A DNA stretch of 58,125 nt, filler included, from Sphacelaria rigidula (Eukaryota), in NCBI GenBank assembly GCA_964200075.2. It is 7 parts of 7 records of this genome, joined end to end, with 100 filler letters (N's around TTAATTAATTAA, not from the genome) between each part and the next. Parts side by side here need not be neighbours in the genome. Positions count along the whole stretch, not along the records: positions 24,956 to 33,173 come from CAXNAA020011879.1; positions 33,274 to 41,491 come from CAXNAA020011880.1; 5 more parts are not named here. One strand, 5' to 3'. Below, piece after piece: positions 25,037 to 33,533 of this stretch. The notes under the pieces are model-generated. The model was not told the DNA's origin, did not search any database, and saw only the letters and a list, made by a program, of their open reading frames with translations. Position 1 is the stretch's first letter. Each line of letters opens with the position of its first letter. The position numbers were made by a program, and so were the translations under genes.

Positions 25037-25453
25037 ATGGACGACGGGGACATTTTAGGGACGCGAAACGACGTGAACAATCTTCCTGAACGTAGTAGGG
25101 ACTATGAGCTGAAAACAGACTTCTCCGCCCCATCACCGCGTTTGGTGGAGGACTGCGGGATCGATTTACATGCGCTGACATCAAAGTACGCGAGACGACG
25201 GTATTTTCTCTCAACGAGAACTGTCATCCCACATGATGTGGCAAAGACGAAGCTCGAGAAAAGCACGGGGTCACCGGCTAACGACGAGACCGTCATGGTA
25301 CTCGCAACACTAGGCAAGGGTTTTATCGCGAAGAGTATTGAAACGGTAAGAATGAGACAGCGTCAGGTTTCACCGGAGCTTTGCAGAAACGCAATCTCTG
25401 TTTCCGACTTGCTGGGGACTACGTTCAAAGACCCGGCGTTGGGTCTATCTTAG
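25037..25453 (+). CDS. TAF11 (TAFII28)-like histone-fold protein, viral
   Basis: RRYFLSTRTVIPHDVAKTKLEKSTGSPANDETVMVLATLGKGFIAKSIE...VSPELCRNAI aligns without gaps to the TAF11 core as recalled ([49 protein letters not shown]...LQPKHMREAV). Confidence 0.65.
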   Translation: MDDGDILGTRNDVNNLPERSRDYELKTDFSAPSPRLVEDCGIDLHALTSKYARRRYFLSTRTVIPHDVAKTKLEKSTGSPANDETVMVLATLGKGFIAKSIETVRMRQRQVSPELCRNAISVSDLLGTTFKDPALGLS

Positions 25454-26315
25454 ACGACAGAAAAATTGTCATGTCCTCGATGGTGGAAACGTCAGTCTGT
25501 GTTGCGAAGCTGTGTCGCTGGGATTCCATTTCTAAGGCTTCTCGGAGCTTGTCGCTTATAGCGTACAACTCGACTGCTTCCACCATTTTTGACAAGGGGA
25601 AGAAGGCCACGCAGTTGGAATACTCAAGGTCCAACTCGGGATCGCTCGAGCGTTCAGATAGGACACACTTACCACGTGAGCAGAGGTATTCGACTCGATG
25701 AGTCTCGAGCGAGGCGGATGGCCAGTAGTGCACGTTCAGAACGATTTTCGAACGTGAGATGAGGTCTTCTCTCTCCTCTCGAAACAGGTCGTTGTAACGA
25801 AACACGACTTTAAGCGATGTTGTTTTCGAGAGGTTCCTCTCAAGATCTTGGCGCCGAGGACACCTCGCGCTGTAGAAAAGCACGTCAATATCCTTTTCGC
25901 GAACTCTCGAAAAGTGTTGCTTCCTACTTAGACTTCCCGGGTAAAATATTTCCATCGGAACTCTCGTCCCAACATTGTAGCAAGTGATTCCAAGACTGCG
26001 AAAGAATGAGCAGTTCCGGGGAGAGAAGTCCCAAACACACAACGCCTCGCGTAGGTTTTGCAAGTACAACTTTGTCATCCATTTGGAACCAATCTGCTCC
26101 GCTTGAACCGCAATGTACTTGTCGGGAAGTTCCGAACAATTGACACGTTTTCGATGAAGACCAAGAATCACGTACAAGACGTCTTTGCGGAAGCCTGACC
26201 ATTCGAAATCTCTGTAGACGAGGTCGGCATGGAACCCACTCATGAATAGAGCGTCGCAGATGCCAACCGCCGTCTCCTCGAAAACAACGTGGCTCCAGAT
26301 GATCTGGATTCCCAT
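25425..26315 (-). CDS. GT-B fold glycosyltransferase-like protein (Glyco_trans_1_2/CgeB-like), viral
   Basis: Motifs YIAVQAEQ, VWDFS..N, KDIDVLFY...RR, LISRSKIVLNVHY....LETHRV and VLSERS.D. Likely ATG at 26315. The 3' end overlaps the neighbouring ORF by 29 bp. Confidence 0.75.
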   Translation of the reverse strand: MGIQIIWSHVVFEETAVGICDALFMSGFHADLVYRDFEWSGFRKDVLYVILGLHRKRVNCSELPDKYIAVQAEQIGSKWMTKLYLQNLREALCVWDFSPRNCSFFRSLGITCYNVGTRVPMEIFYPGSLSRKQHFSRVREKDIDVLFYSARCPRRQDLERNLSKTTSLKVVFRYNDLFREEREDLISRSKIVLNVHYWPSASLETHRVEYLCSRGKCVLSERSSDPELDLEYSNCVAFFPLSKMVEAVELYAISDKLREALEMESQRHSFATQTDVSTIEDMTIFLSSKIDPTPGL

Positions 26316-26353
26316 TCTACGAGGGTTTGGTTTTGTGTGTAGATAAAAAACAC

Positions 26354-27133
26354 TTAACACACGAACTTGTCAACAATGTCTCGCACAAGGTACTCGTACC
26401 GAGAGTAGCGGTCCGTGGTGGGGAAGCGTTCCGTGAGACCCAGGTTCAAGACGTTGTCGTAGATCTCAGAAAACCCCTCCACGACGCTAAGGGCGCGGTG
26501 ACTCAACACCAAAGGATATGCTTCGTACTTGAAATCCGTCGCCTTAGACCTGGAGGGGTCGATCTTGACGAAGGGTAAGACGACTTCGGAATGGACGACG
26601 TTAACACCGATGTTGCCGAGGAACTCCTTGGCGATTTCGCCCACGTACGCGCTAACAACGAACCTTGGCATACTCGAGACAGGTTTCAGGGTCGACTCGA
26701 TCGTACAACCAGAAGACACCAAGTCGTCGAAATACACATAGGCAAAGTTAGTGAATGCGTAAGACAACGAGAAACCTTTGGGGAGTGTCAGAATTCCTTC
26801 CAGGTTGCTCGAAATCTCCGGACACACTCGCAACGCCAACAGAAAGAAGAAGAGACTGCGCGAGGTAGGACATGACCCTTGGTCGACGACGGCGAACCAC
26901 TTCCTTTGTCCAAGCATGGCCTTGAAATTCAACACCGCTTTTGTAAACGCTGCCCTGAAGTCAGAGACGGAGACTACCTTGGTCCCGTTCTTCAAAACCT
27001 TTAAAAAGTCGGAACACGACAGATTCTTGGGCAGCGCTGACACCCTCAGTTTTGACCAATCCATCTCAGCGTCGACTACGGAGTCGTACAAACGCGAAGC
27101 TTCCTCCGCACCCTGGACGAGTAGAGGATGCAT
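26354..27133 (-). CDS. Phosphoribosyltransferase-fold (PRTase-like) protein, viral
   Basis: YVYFDDLVSSGCTIE matches the type I PRTase PRPP-binding loop (hhhhDDhhxSGxTh). Intact 259-aa ORF. Confidence 0.6.
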   Translation of the reverse strand: MHPLLVQGAEEASRLYDSVVDAEMDWSKLRVSALPKNLSCSDFLKVLKNGTKVVSVSDFRAAFTKAVLNFKAMLGQRKWFAVVDQGSCPTSRSLFFFLLALRVCPEISSNLEGILTLPKGFSLSYAFTNFAYVYFDDLVSSGCTIESTLKPVSSMPRFVVSAYVGEIAKEFLGNIGVNVVHSEVVLPFVKIDPSRSKATDFKYEAYPLVLSHRALSVVEGFSEIYDNVLNLGLTERFPTTDRYSRYEYLVRDIVDKFVC

Positions 27134-27228
27134 GAAACTTTATAATAGGGTCAACCAATATATATATATCAAATATTATGTTTCTTCGTAACAACACTTG
27201 TCTGCCGTAAACTTCTAAACCCCACCTG

Positions 27229-28362
27229 ATGTCTCTCAAGTACTTCGCGAGATACCGCTTCAACGGAAGCGACGTCGCAGAAGAAGACTTTGGCCTCAGA
27301 GACCTCGCGGTCGAATCCGGATCCTTAAACACTGCCGACGACACCACTCACGGCTCCTGTTTGTCCCTCGATGGCGCCACGTCCCTCCTCTCGACCGGGA
27401 GCTTCACGAACATAGCCGATTACACCGACAGATGCCTTTCCTTCTGGGCCAAAACGAACCCTGCCAGCGCTGGCAGCGCTGCCCCGGTACTTTGCTACGG
27501 AGAACTCGCCTCTCCGGATGCTTTCGTCTTGTACGCTAGGAATTCCAACGGATACCCTGAATACTACGACTACTCGACCAGGATTACCGACCCTAGCCCA
27601 ACGGTGGGAGTTGAAGTGGACACTTGGACGTTCTTCACGTTCTCTTGCAAGGCCGGCGTCATCAGCATATACGTCGACGGAAACCTATGGTATTCCCAAA
27701 GTATCACCTTGACCACAGGCACCTCCGACCCGCTCCGTTTAGGTACAGACGGCCAGGGAGAATACTTCACTGGGTACCTCCTTGACCTCCGCATATGGGA
27801 AACTTCCCTCGAAGGCTCCGTCCCCGGCTACATGTTTTCCGTCGGCCCCAACTACGAGGAAGAACTCTCGACGCAGTACGCGGAAGACACACATCAGAGG
27901 AGCTCCATCATGACGGGAAACGTGCTCTGTAGAACCACGTATGGTGTACAGACGACAGGGAGTACTTTGACACAGTCCTTCTTTTGCCTCGACGAAAACT
28001 CGGACATCCAGGAGGCGGCGAGGATCGAACACATCCAAGACTCGTCGGGCGTTGCATCTGAAACGATTCGGGTTCGCCACACAGAACCAGGCACTAACAA
28101 CAGGCTTCTCGAGAAAACGATAGAGATCACGCCAGAAACTATCACGTTCTTATCAACGCCAGAAACAGCAGACTCTGAGACGTCTTCGGTGATTTTTTCG
28201 TCGCAAGGCGTTCACCTCGTGGCCGGGGAAGAAGAAAAGGGGTGCATCTTTTTCGGAGCAGGAAGAGACTTTCGGATTAGAGTCCGTGACAAAAGCTTTC
28301 TGGTAGAAGCCTTTTCGTCTGTGACGGACGACTACCAGATAAAAATGGCGATATCGTCCTGA
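27229..28362 (+). CDS. LamG/concanavalin A-like lectin domain protein with a C-terminal beta-rich module, viral (possibly structural)
   Basis: LamG_3 pattern: CLSLDG...SFWAK...W.FFTF......IYVDG....LRLG......FTGYLLDLRIW..SL. The C-terminus G.IFFG...DFRIR....L.E.FS.....Y..K is shared with 29510-30484. Confidence 0.85.
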   Translation: MSLKYFARYRFNGSDVAEEDFGLRDLAVESGSLNTADDTTHGSCLSLDGATSLLSTGSFTNIADYTDRCLSFWAKTNPASAGSAAPVLCYGELASPDAFVLYARNSNGYPEYYDYSTRITDPSPTVGVEVDTWTFFTFSCKAGVISIYVDGNLWYSQSITLTTGTSDPLRLGTDGQGEYFTGYLLDLRIWETSLEGSVPGYMFSVGPNYEEELSTQYAEDTHQRSSIMTGNVLCRTTYGVQTTGSTLTQSFFCLDENSDIQEAARIEHIQDSSGVASETIRVRHTEPGTNNRLLEKTIEITPETITFLSTPETADSETSSVIFSSQGVHLVAGEEEKGCIFFGAGRDFRIRVRDKSFLVEAFSSVTDDYQIKMAISS

Positions 28363-28398
28363 TATTTGCAAACTTTTTTCTGTGCTTACCTTCAACAC

Positions 28399-29487
28399 AT
28401 GAGTTCTCTTCAAATCGACAGTTTGGGGTCGTCTAGAGTGGCGGTCAGCTGGGACGAAACTTTCGACAACTCTCTCTTCACACTAGACTTAGAAGACGCC
28501 AATGGCACCACCATAACGTCCATCGAAACGCAGGAGACTTCGGCTACGTTCCATGACCTGGATCCTAGCACAACGTACAACTTCAAACTGTACACCACTC
28601 CAACAACAGAACCAGTCTTGTACACCAAGATAAGAATCGATCACCCACATGCATTCTGGTTGTCGATCGTCGAAGTTGAGGTTTTCACGTGGCCGAACGA
28701 CACCAAACTGACCATCAACGATTTTGTACTGACTTCGTCGGGGACTTTAAGCCCGACCACATTAGACCTGTCTATGAATGGGAATAATGTACTGCCAACA
28801 TCTTGGCCCAGCACGGCAATGCTCGATTACCGCATATCTCCCACATTCTGGCAGGCCGTTCTCATCAGTTTCGCGCAGATATCAAAGGTACGCGTATACA
28901 CAGATAGCAGGTACAAGATAAACAGTGGGACCACCCTCACAATGACGAAAAATAACGGGGAACAGGTAGTCTATGATTTATACAGCGGAGAACACGCCGT
29001 GAACAACCTCCCGACCACACAAGAAATATCGGTACCAACCACAGATTACTCTACCAGTCATTCTCCAGTACCACAAGCCACGGCATACAAGAGTATACGA
29101 TTCCAAGGCGAATATACCAGATACATCACCCTCGTGGAACTTGAAGTTTATGATGGAAATGGGCAATATCTACACTCAGGTAACTTCAACATACACAGCA
29201 CATCGATCTTAGGTACCTATGCAGCGGGCAATGCGATGAACGGAAACAAGAGAACGAGCAGCTATGTAAACGGCGCGACAATTAGCCCAGGAACTAGTAC
29301 TACTCCCAACTACTGGCAAGCGGACTTCCTTGCTGTTACCGGGGTCAGCAAGATCGTGTTGTATTACTGGAATACCAGTTCGTACCTCAAATATTTATCC
29401 GAGAGCCAGCTAATCCTAACCGATACCGCCAACAACGAGACGTCTCACAATTTAGTTGGCACTGAAGTTCAAACTATCTACCTTTAA
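28399..29487 (+). CDS. FN3 domain plus two tandem discoidin/F5-8C (galactose-binding-like) modules, viral
   Basis: N-terminal FN3 (VAVSW...ATFHDLDPSTTYNFKLY). Then two copies of Y..IR.......L.(I/L)VE(V/L)EV(F/Y)...MNGN...(F/Y)WQA......(I/V)SK(V/I)..Y. Likely ATG at 28399. Confidence 0.75.
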   Translation: MSSLQIDSLGSSRVAVSWDETFDNSLFTLDLEDANGTTITSIETQETSATFHDLDPSTTYNFKLYTTPTTEPVLYTKIRIDHPHAFWLSIVEVEVFTWPNDTKLTINDFVLTSSGTLSPTTLDLSMNGNNVLPTSWPSTAMLDYRISPTFWQAVLISFAQISKVRVYTDSRYKINSGTTLTMTKNNGEQVVYDLYSGEHAVNNLPTTQEISVPTTDYSTSHSPVPQATAYKSIRFQGEYTRYITLVELEVYDGNGQYLHSGNFNIHSTSILGTYAAGNAMNGNKRTSSYVNGATISPGTSTTPNYWQADFLAVTGVSKIVLYYWNTSSYLKYLSESQLILTDTANNETSHNLVGTEVQTIYL

Positions 29488-29509
29488 CTAACGAATAATA
29501 CCTGAAACA

Positions 29510-30484
29510 TTACCTACCAAACTCCCTCTTGGTGTAGTACTCTCCGGAGCTTTGATCAAGGTGCTGAATCTGAATCGTGTCGGAAGTTTCGTCGTACTTC
29601 ATTCGGAATAGGCTACCGAGGGATAGGCTACCGAGGATGACGGCAGACTCGTTGGAACTAAACGAGAGGCCGTCGAAGTCGATCGTTGCGACAGACTCCT
29701 CACCCAACCCAGAAATACTCCGAATACTCACCGAGGAAGAATCAAGACTCAACACATTTTCAAGACTTCCGTCCAAATACGCAAGGTCCAGAAGAGAAGA
29801 CCCCGCCGTCAACATGAAGTCCGCCGTGTGCGTTTTCTTCGAAACGCAAGTTCGCTGATCAGTAGACGCATCGTGAAAGAAAACGTACGGCGCAATGGAG
29901 GTGTCCGAATTGTCCGACTTCTCCTCCAATTGGAATACCCCTGTCGTCATGATGTCACCGACAGCGAGGGTGCCGTCGTTAACAACAATCTCACTCTGGA
30001 CACCTTCCTCCGGGAATACTCTCACCAATGAATCCTCCAACAACAACACGATTGACCCCTTGGCGAGCACAACTCGACGCCCCCCGACCATGAAGGGAGA
30101 ACCGAAACCAACCTCGACTTCGTCAACTACAACCTTGTCATCCACGAACTCAAACTTGGAAGACGAGATGGTTAGGGTTTGGTTAGCCTCGAGCTTAGCG
30201 TCGGGAATACCCTCGAATGGAAGAAACACGTTCGTATCCAGGGTCGGGATGTCGGCGCCATCTTCCAAGAAAACCGCTTCCGTCACGAACTTTTTTGAGG
30301 AATCATGGTCTTCGCCGAAACTCACGTTCACACGCAACAAGTCACCGGTCTTGGCGTGCTGGTACAGAAACTTTTTCATCTCGGAAACGCCCGCCGGGTC
30401 CATCGACGCGACGTCAATGATCGAATTTTTCATAGACTCGTACAACAGACGAAGACAAGTCTCGTCCAGTTCCTCGAGATCCAT
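29510..30484 (-). CDS. Viral hypothetical protein sharing its C-terminal module with the LamG protein
   Basis: Intact 324-aa ORF. Its C-terminus DGLSFSSNESAVILG...FRMKYD....IQIQHLD...GEYYTKREF parallels that of 27229-28362. It carries an in-frame 15-bp tandem duplication near 29608-29636. Confidence 0.75.
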   Translation of the reverse strand: MDLEELDETCLRLLYESMKNSIIDVASMDPAGVSEMKKFLYQHAKTGDLLRVNVSFGEDHDSSKKFVTEAVFLEDGADIPTLDTNVFLPFEGIPDAKLEANQTLTISSSKFEFVDDKVVVDEVEVGFGSPFMVGGRRVVLAKGSIVLLLEDSLVRVFPEEGVQSEIVVNDGTLAVGDIMTTGVFQLEEKSDNSDTSIAPYVFFHDASTDQRTCVSKKTHTADFMLTAGSSLLDLAYLDGSLENVLSLDSSSVSIRSISGLGEESVATIDFDGLSFSSNESAVILGSLSLGSLFRMKYDETSDTIQIQHLDQSSGEYYTKREFGR

Positions 30485-30535
30485 TTGTTGGGTTTAAGTA
30501 GGGGAAATATATTAATGTCAGAGATTTAGAACTCT

Positions 30536-31423
30536 GTGATGTCTGATGCTCTGCCGGACGATGCTTGGGACAACGTACACGACTTCCTCGACTTCGAGGG
30601 AGAATACTTGTTTCTGGCACCGGTCTGTCGACGATGGCTAAAACAGACCCTGCTAAGACAAAAACACACACACATGACGGCGATGATGGCTATGATGGCT
30701 TCGCCGTCATGTATAGGAGAAGTCGGGAGACATCCACGGGGCAAGGATACCCTGGCGAAACAAAACGCTTGGGCGTTCCTGGCGGCGACACACACACACG
30801 GTTTCGACAGCCTTCAAGCACTAGCTAACGAACTCATCCTCACGATTGAATGGGACCCCTATTCGGTCAACACCGCGGCTCGGAACAACAACACGTACTT
30901 CTTCCAATGGCTGTGAACGACTACTCATGTCAACCTGGAATGGGATCCGTACCTGGCGATGAGTATCGCTTCACACGCCGAAAGTATTCCATTTCTTCAA
31001 CACATGTATCACCTAGGCTACTTTCCCGACAACAGATCAAGCACAGCAGCAGCACTCGTAGGTTCGACGAAGACGCTTCAATGGCTGCAACAAGTAGGAT
31101 GCGACATGGACAATGTGTTACAAGTCTTGGCCGAGGAAGGCCATCTTGAAACGTTTATCTGGGCAATATCAAACGGAATCCCTTACGATCAACACACTCT
31201 CAACGCTGCGGCATACGGAGGCCAAAAACACGTCGCACAGTACATCATACAAAACGGACACGGCTTCCCAGACAAGTTCACTATGCAATTCGCTGTATCC
31301 AACGGGAATAGGGAAACTATAGCTTACCTCAAGAAAATCAACCACTTTCGGCAGACAAGTTTGCGGCAGACACACTATCGGCAGACACGTTGGCAAAACG
31401 AATCAGACGGAAAGGACAACTAA
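30536..31423 (+). pseudogene. NCLDV-type degenerate ankyrin-repeat protein with an F-box-like N-terminus, interrupted by a nonsense codon
   Basis: ORFs 30536-30916 and 30959-31423 are in the same frame, separated only by TGA at 30914-30916. Read-through gives ..EWDPY..AARNNN..FQWL*TTTHVNLEWDPY..; repeats AA..G.L..L.W....G; N-terminus LPDDAW..V.DFL....YLFLAPVCRRW. Confidence 0.85.
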
Positions 31424-31497
31424 CTGACGCAGACGCCGATATCTTTTCCAAAACGTTCTTAGCCCTAGGAACAGAACTCTCAACCACTACGCCATAT

Positions 31498-31821
31498 TCA
31501 CCCCCTGAGGTACTTCTCGTGGAAGTCATCTTCCTCCTCGTCCTTCTGCGTCGCCAAGGAACCCTTCAAAAACTCGGCGCCAAATTTGTCGATAATTTCA
31601 CGAGCCCATTCCCCAGGAACCACCAGAAATGTGTGTAATGCGTCTGCGGTCATGTAGAACGCGATGTCGTCAGAAAAGTAGTGACAGATAAGCCCGTCTT
31701 TATCGCGAAGACTCGAAACCAGGGACTTCGCCTCCTGTATCGTGCCCTTCAGCATCGCGCTCATGTTGGTGGGCTTCAGAAACAACGGCCTCACGAACTC
31801 CTCGAAAGTCAAATCGCCCAT
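31498..31821 (-). CDS. Viral hypothetical protein (107 aa), possibly frameshifted at the 3' end
   Basis: ATG at 31821 follows an AT-rich spacer and the composition is coding-like. No recognisable motif. Confidence 0.55.
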   Translation of the reverse strand: MGDLTFEEFVRPLFLKPTNMSAMLKGTIQEAKSLVSSLRDKDGLICHYFSDDIAFYMTADALHTFLVVPGEWAREIIDKFGAEFLKGSLATQKDEEEDDFHEKYLRG

Positions 31822-31969
31822 CTTTGAAATTAATTGCTGAAGCTTTTGGTGGGCACGAAAAAAATGAACGAAGGGGGGCAACAAAATTCTTTCATTATCC
31901 ACAAATATATTTTGTATCTGAAATTTCAGACTTATTACGGTTTCATGAAGGTACACAACGGGTACACCT

Positions 31970-32937
31970 TTATTTATCCGAAAACATTTTTTCGACCGCC
32001 TTGACGTAGACGGGTCTGAATTTTTTCTGTATCCACTCGGACATCTCGGGGTCTATCGGACCAAAAACCCGGTTCCGAAAACGTTCGTCAAGAAAAGCCG
32101 AAATATCGGAAGACCTTTTCTTCACCTGCCGTAGCGGCATCCATTTCCGTATTTCTCTTTGATAAGATGCCATGAACTCCATGTACTCCGGGATTTCGAC
32201 GTAGACAACGCTAGTCGTCGTCGATGCTGCAGCCGTCGACGTGATCCTCATAAATACAGACGCGATGATATCGTAAACGACCTTGTACACGTCGTACTGC
32301 CGACAAATGGCTTTTTCTTCCTCCGAAAGGTCTGAGAACACCACGGCGTCGTCCCAATCAACCATCGCAATCTCGTCCGAGGGGGTGACGATAATGTTGT
32401 TGAAATGGAGGTCGCCGTGCGTGACAACTCGGTGCATCTTTCCCAACGCCACACCCAAAGACTTCATGCACTTCATGCGGCGCCGTAGTGGAACTCTCTT
32501 CCCAACCTGACTTACCATACTCTTGCCCTTGATCTCGGACAGCACCACGATACCCATGTCATCATTCAACCTCCGCCCATACACCAGTAAACGCGGAATT
32601 TCCACAATCTTCTTCGACAACGTCTTGAAAATGACGCCGTGTGTTGTCACCGAAATTATGTGCTGGAGGTCGGAATTGGTGACCTTGATGTACACGGGTT
32701 GCCTCTTATAATGTCCAAAATATACAAGCGATTGCCCAGGCGAAATGGCACTGATAAGACACAATCACGGGGTAAATCATAAAACGATTGCAGCAGTGAG
32801 CACGGAGATTGTTGATAGGTGCCTTGTCTTGATTTCCTTCGACGAGGAAGCCTATTGAACTTTTTTCGGACGACTCTCAAGTGCTCCGCGTTGATAGCGC
32901 ATCTCCGTCGTCGATCCAGACTTTCAGAAACCTTCAT
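31970..32937 (-). pseudogene. Protein-kinase-like (APH/RIO-type) phosphotransferase with a probable frameshift near 32760
   Basis: Motifs VYIKV, IPRLLVYG, VTHGDLHFNNII and MVDWDDA. The kinase frame has no ATG of its own (TGA lies directly upstream). Removing 2 nt from TGTGT joins it to the ATG-started ORF at 32937 (..YDLPRDC|LISAISPGQSLVYFG..). Confidence 0.7.
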
Positions 32938-32953
32938 GTCTTGTTATATTACC

Positions 32954-33173
32954 TTAACCCAAAGATTTAAAATTTAGTTGCCGTCGTCTTTCGAGGCACC
33001 AAAGTTTCCAACCCCATGGGAAACTTGTTTGAAATCGTAGAATAGGTCGATCCTCGAACGCGCGCGGATGTTTCAAGTTGATAGTTTCCAAATCTTGTGT
33101 CGAAACTGTGTCTTTTGCCTCGTGAAATAGCTTGAGGTTTCGTCCTCTTTCCAGAAGTATCAACTTGATCTCA
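32954..33173 (-). CDS. Possible 3' end of a viral ORF truncated by the contig end
   Basis: Open frame running from near the contig edge to a stop 16 bp before the kinase ATG. No motif. Confidence 0.35.
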
Positions 33174-33273
33174 NNNNNNNNNNNNNNNNNNNNNNNNNNN
33201 NNNNNNNNNNNNNNNNNTTAATTAATTAANNNNNNNNNNNNNNNNNNNNNNNNNNNNNNNNNNNNNNNNNNNN
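33174..33273. other. Artificial contig linker
   Basis: Same N44-TTAATTAATTAA-N44 structure. Confidence 0.98.
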
Positions 33274-33344
33274 GAGAATCGAACCCCACAATTCAACCAC
33301 CAGAAGGTTACGAGGTTACCAACTGAGCCACCGGGGCGACCGGC
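33274..33344 (-). mobile_element. tRNA-derived SINE head (truncated)
   Basis: Reverse complement GCCGGTCGCCCCGGTGGCTCAGTTGGTAA...GGGGTTCGATTCTC contains Pol III A box and B box. The same head occurs at 39790-39842. Confidence 0.7.
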
Positions 33345-33533
33345 TAGTGTGCTATGGTCTAAAGCATATCAAGGCATGCTTGTACGTCTGTCTCAATCTA
33401 TACATCTATATATTAATATATGGATTTTGGTATATCGTAGATTGTGAAACCGTCCATCTGCTATAAGAAAGAAACTTCAAAATATCGTCACCGACCACGA
33501 ATCACAGAGGTCAAAGCAAAGGATTGGGCTCAC

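Larger units (their letters stand above)
24956..33173. mobile_element. Phaeovirus/NCLDV-like segment, probable endogenous viral element (whole contig)
   Basis: About ten intronless ORFs with short or overlapping spacers and none of the host repeats. Gene types are typical of algal giant viruses (LamG, FN3, discoidin-like, degenerate ankyrin, glycosyltransferase, kinase). At least two genes are disrupted. No hallmark core gene lies in the contig. Confidence 0.82.

Noticed and set aside
29895-30497. 200-aa Ser/Thr-rich plus-strand ORF
   Set aside because: It is the antisense shadow of the gene at 29510-30484. The same applies to the ORFs opposite 37730-39450 and opposite the LINE.
30914-30916. 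In-frame TGA as selenocysteine or programmed read-through
   Set aside because: The position is a non-catalytic ankyrin helix (W-L-x), no SECIS-like element was evident, and other lesions nearby favour a nonsense mutation.
33274-33344. tRNA gene
   Set aside because: It has A and B boxes but no convincing cloverleaf or anticodon arm, and the same head leads a longer repeat at 39495-39842, so it is a SINE.
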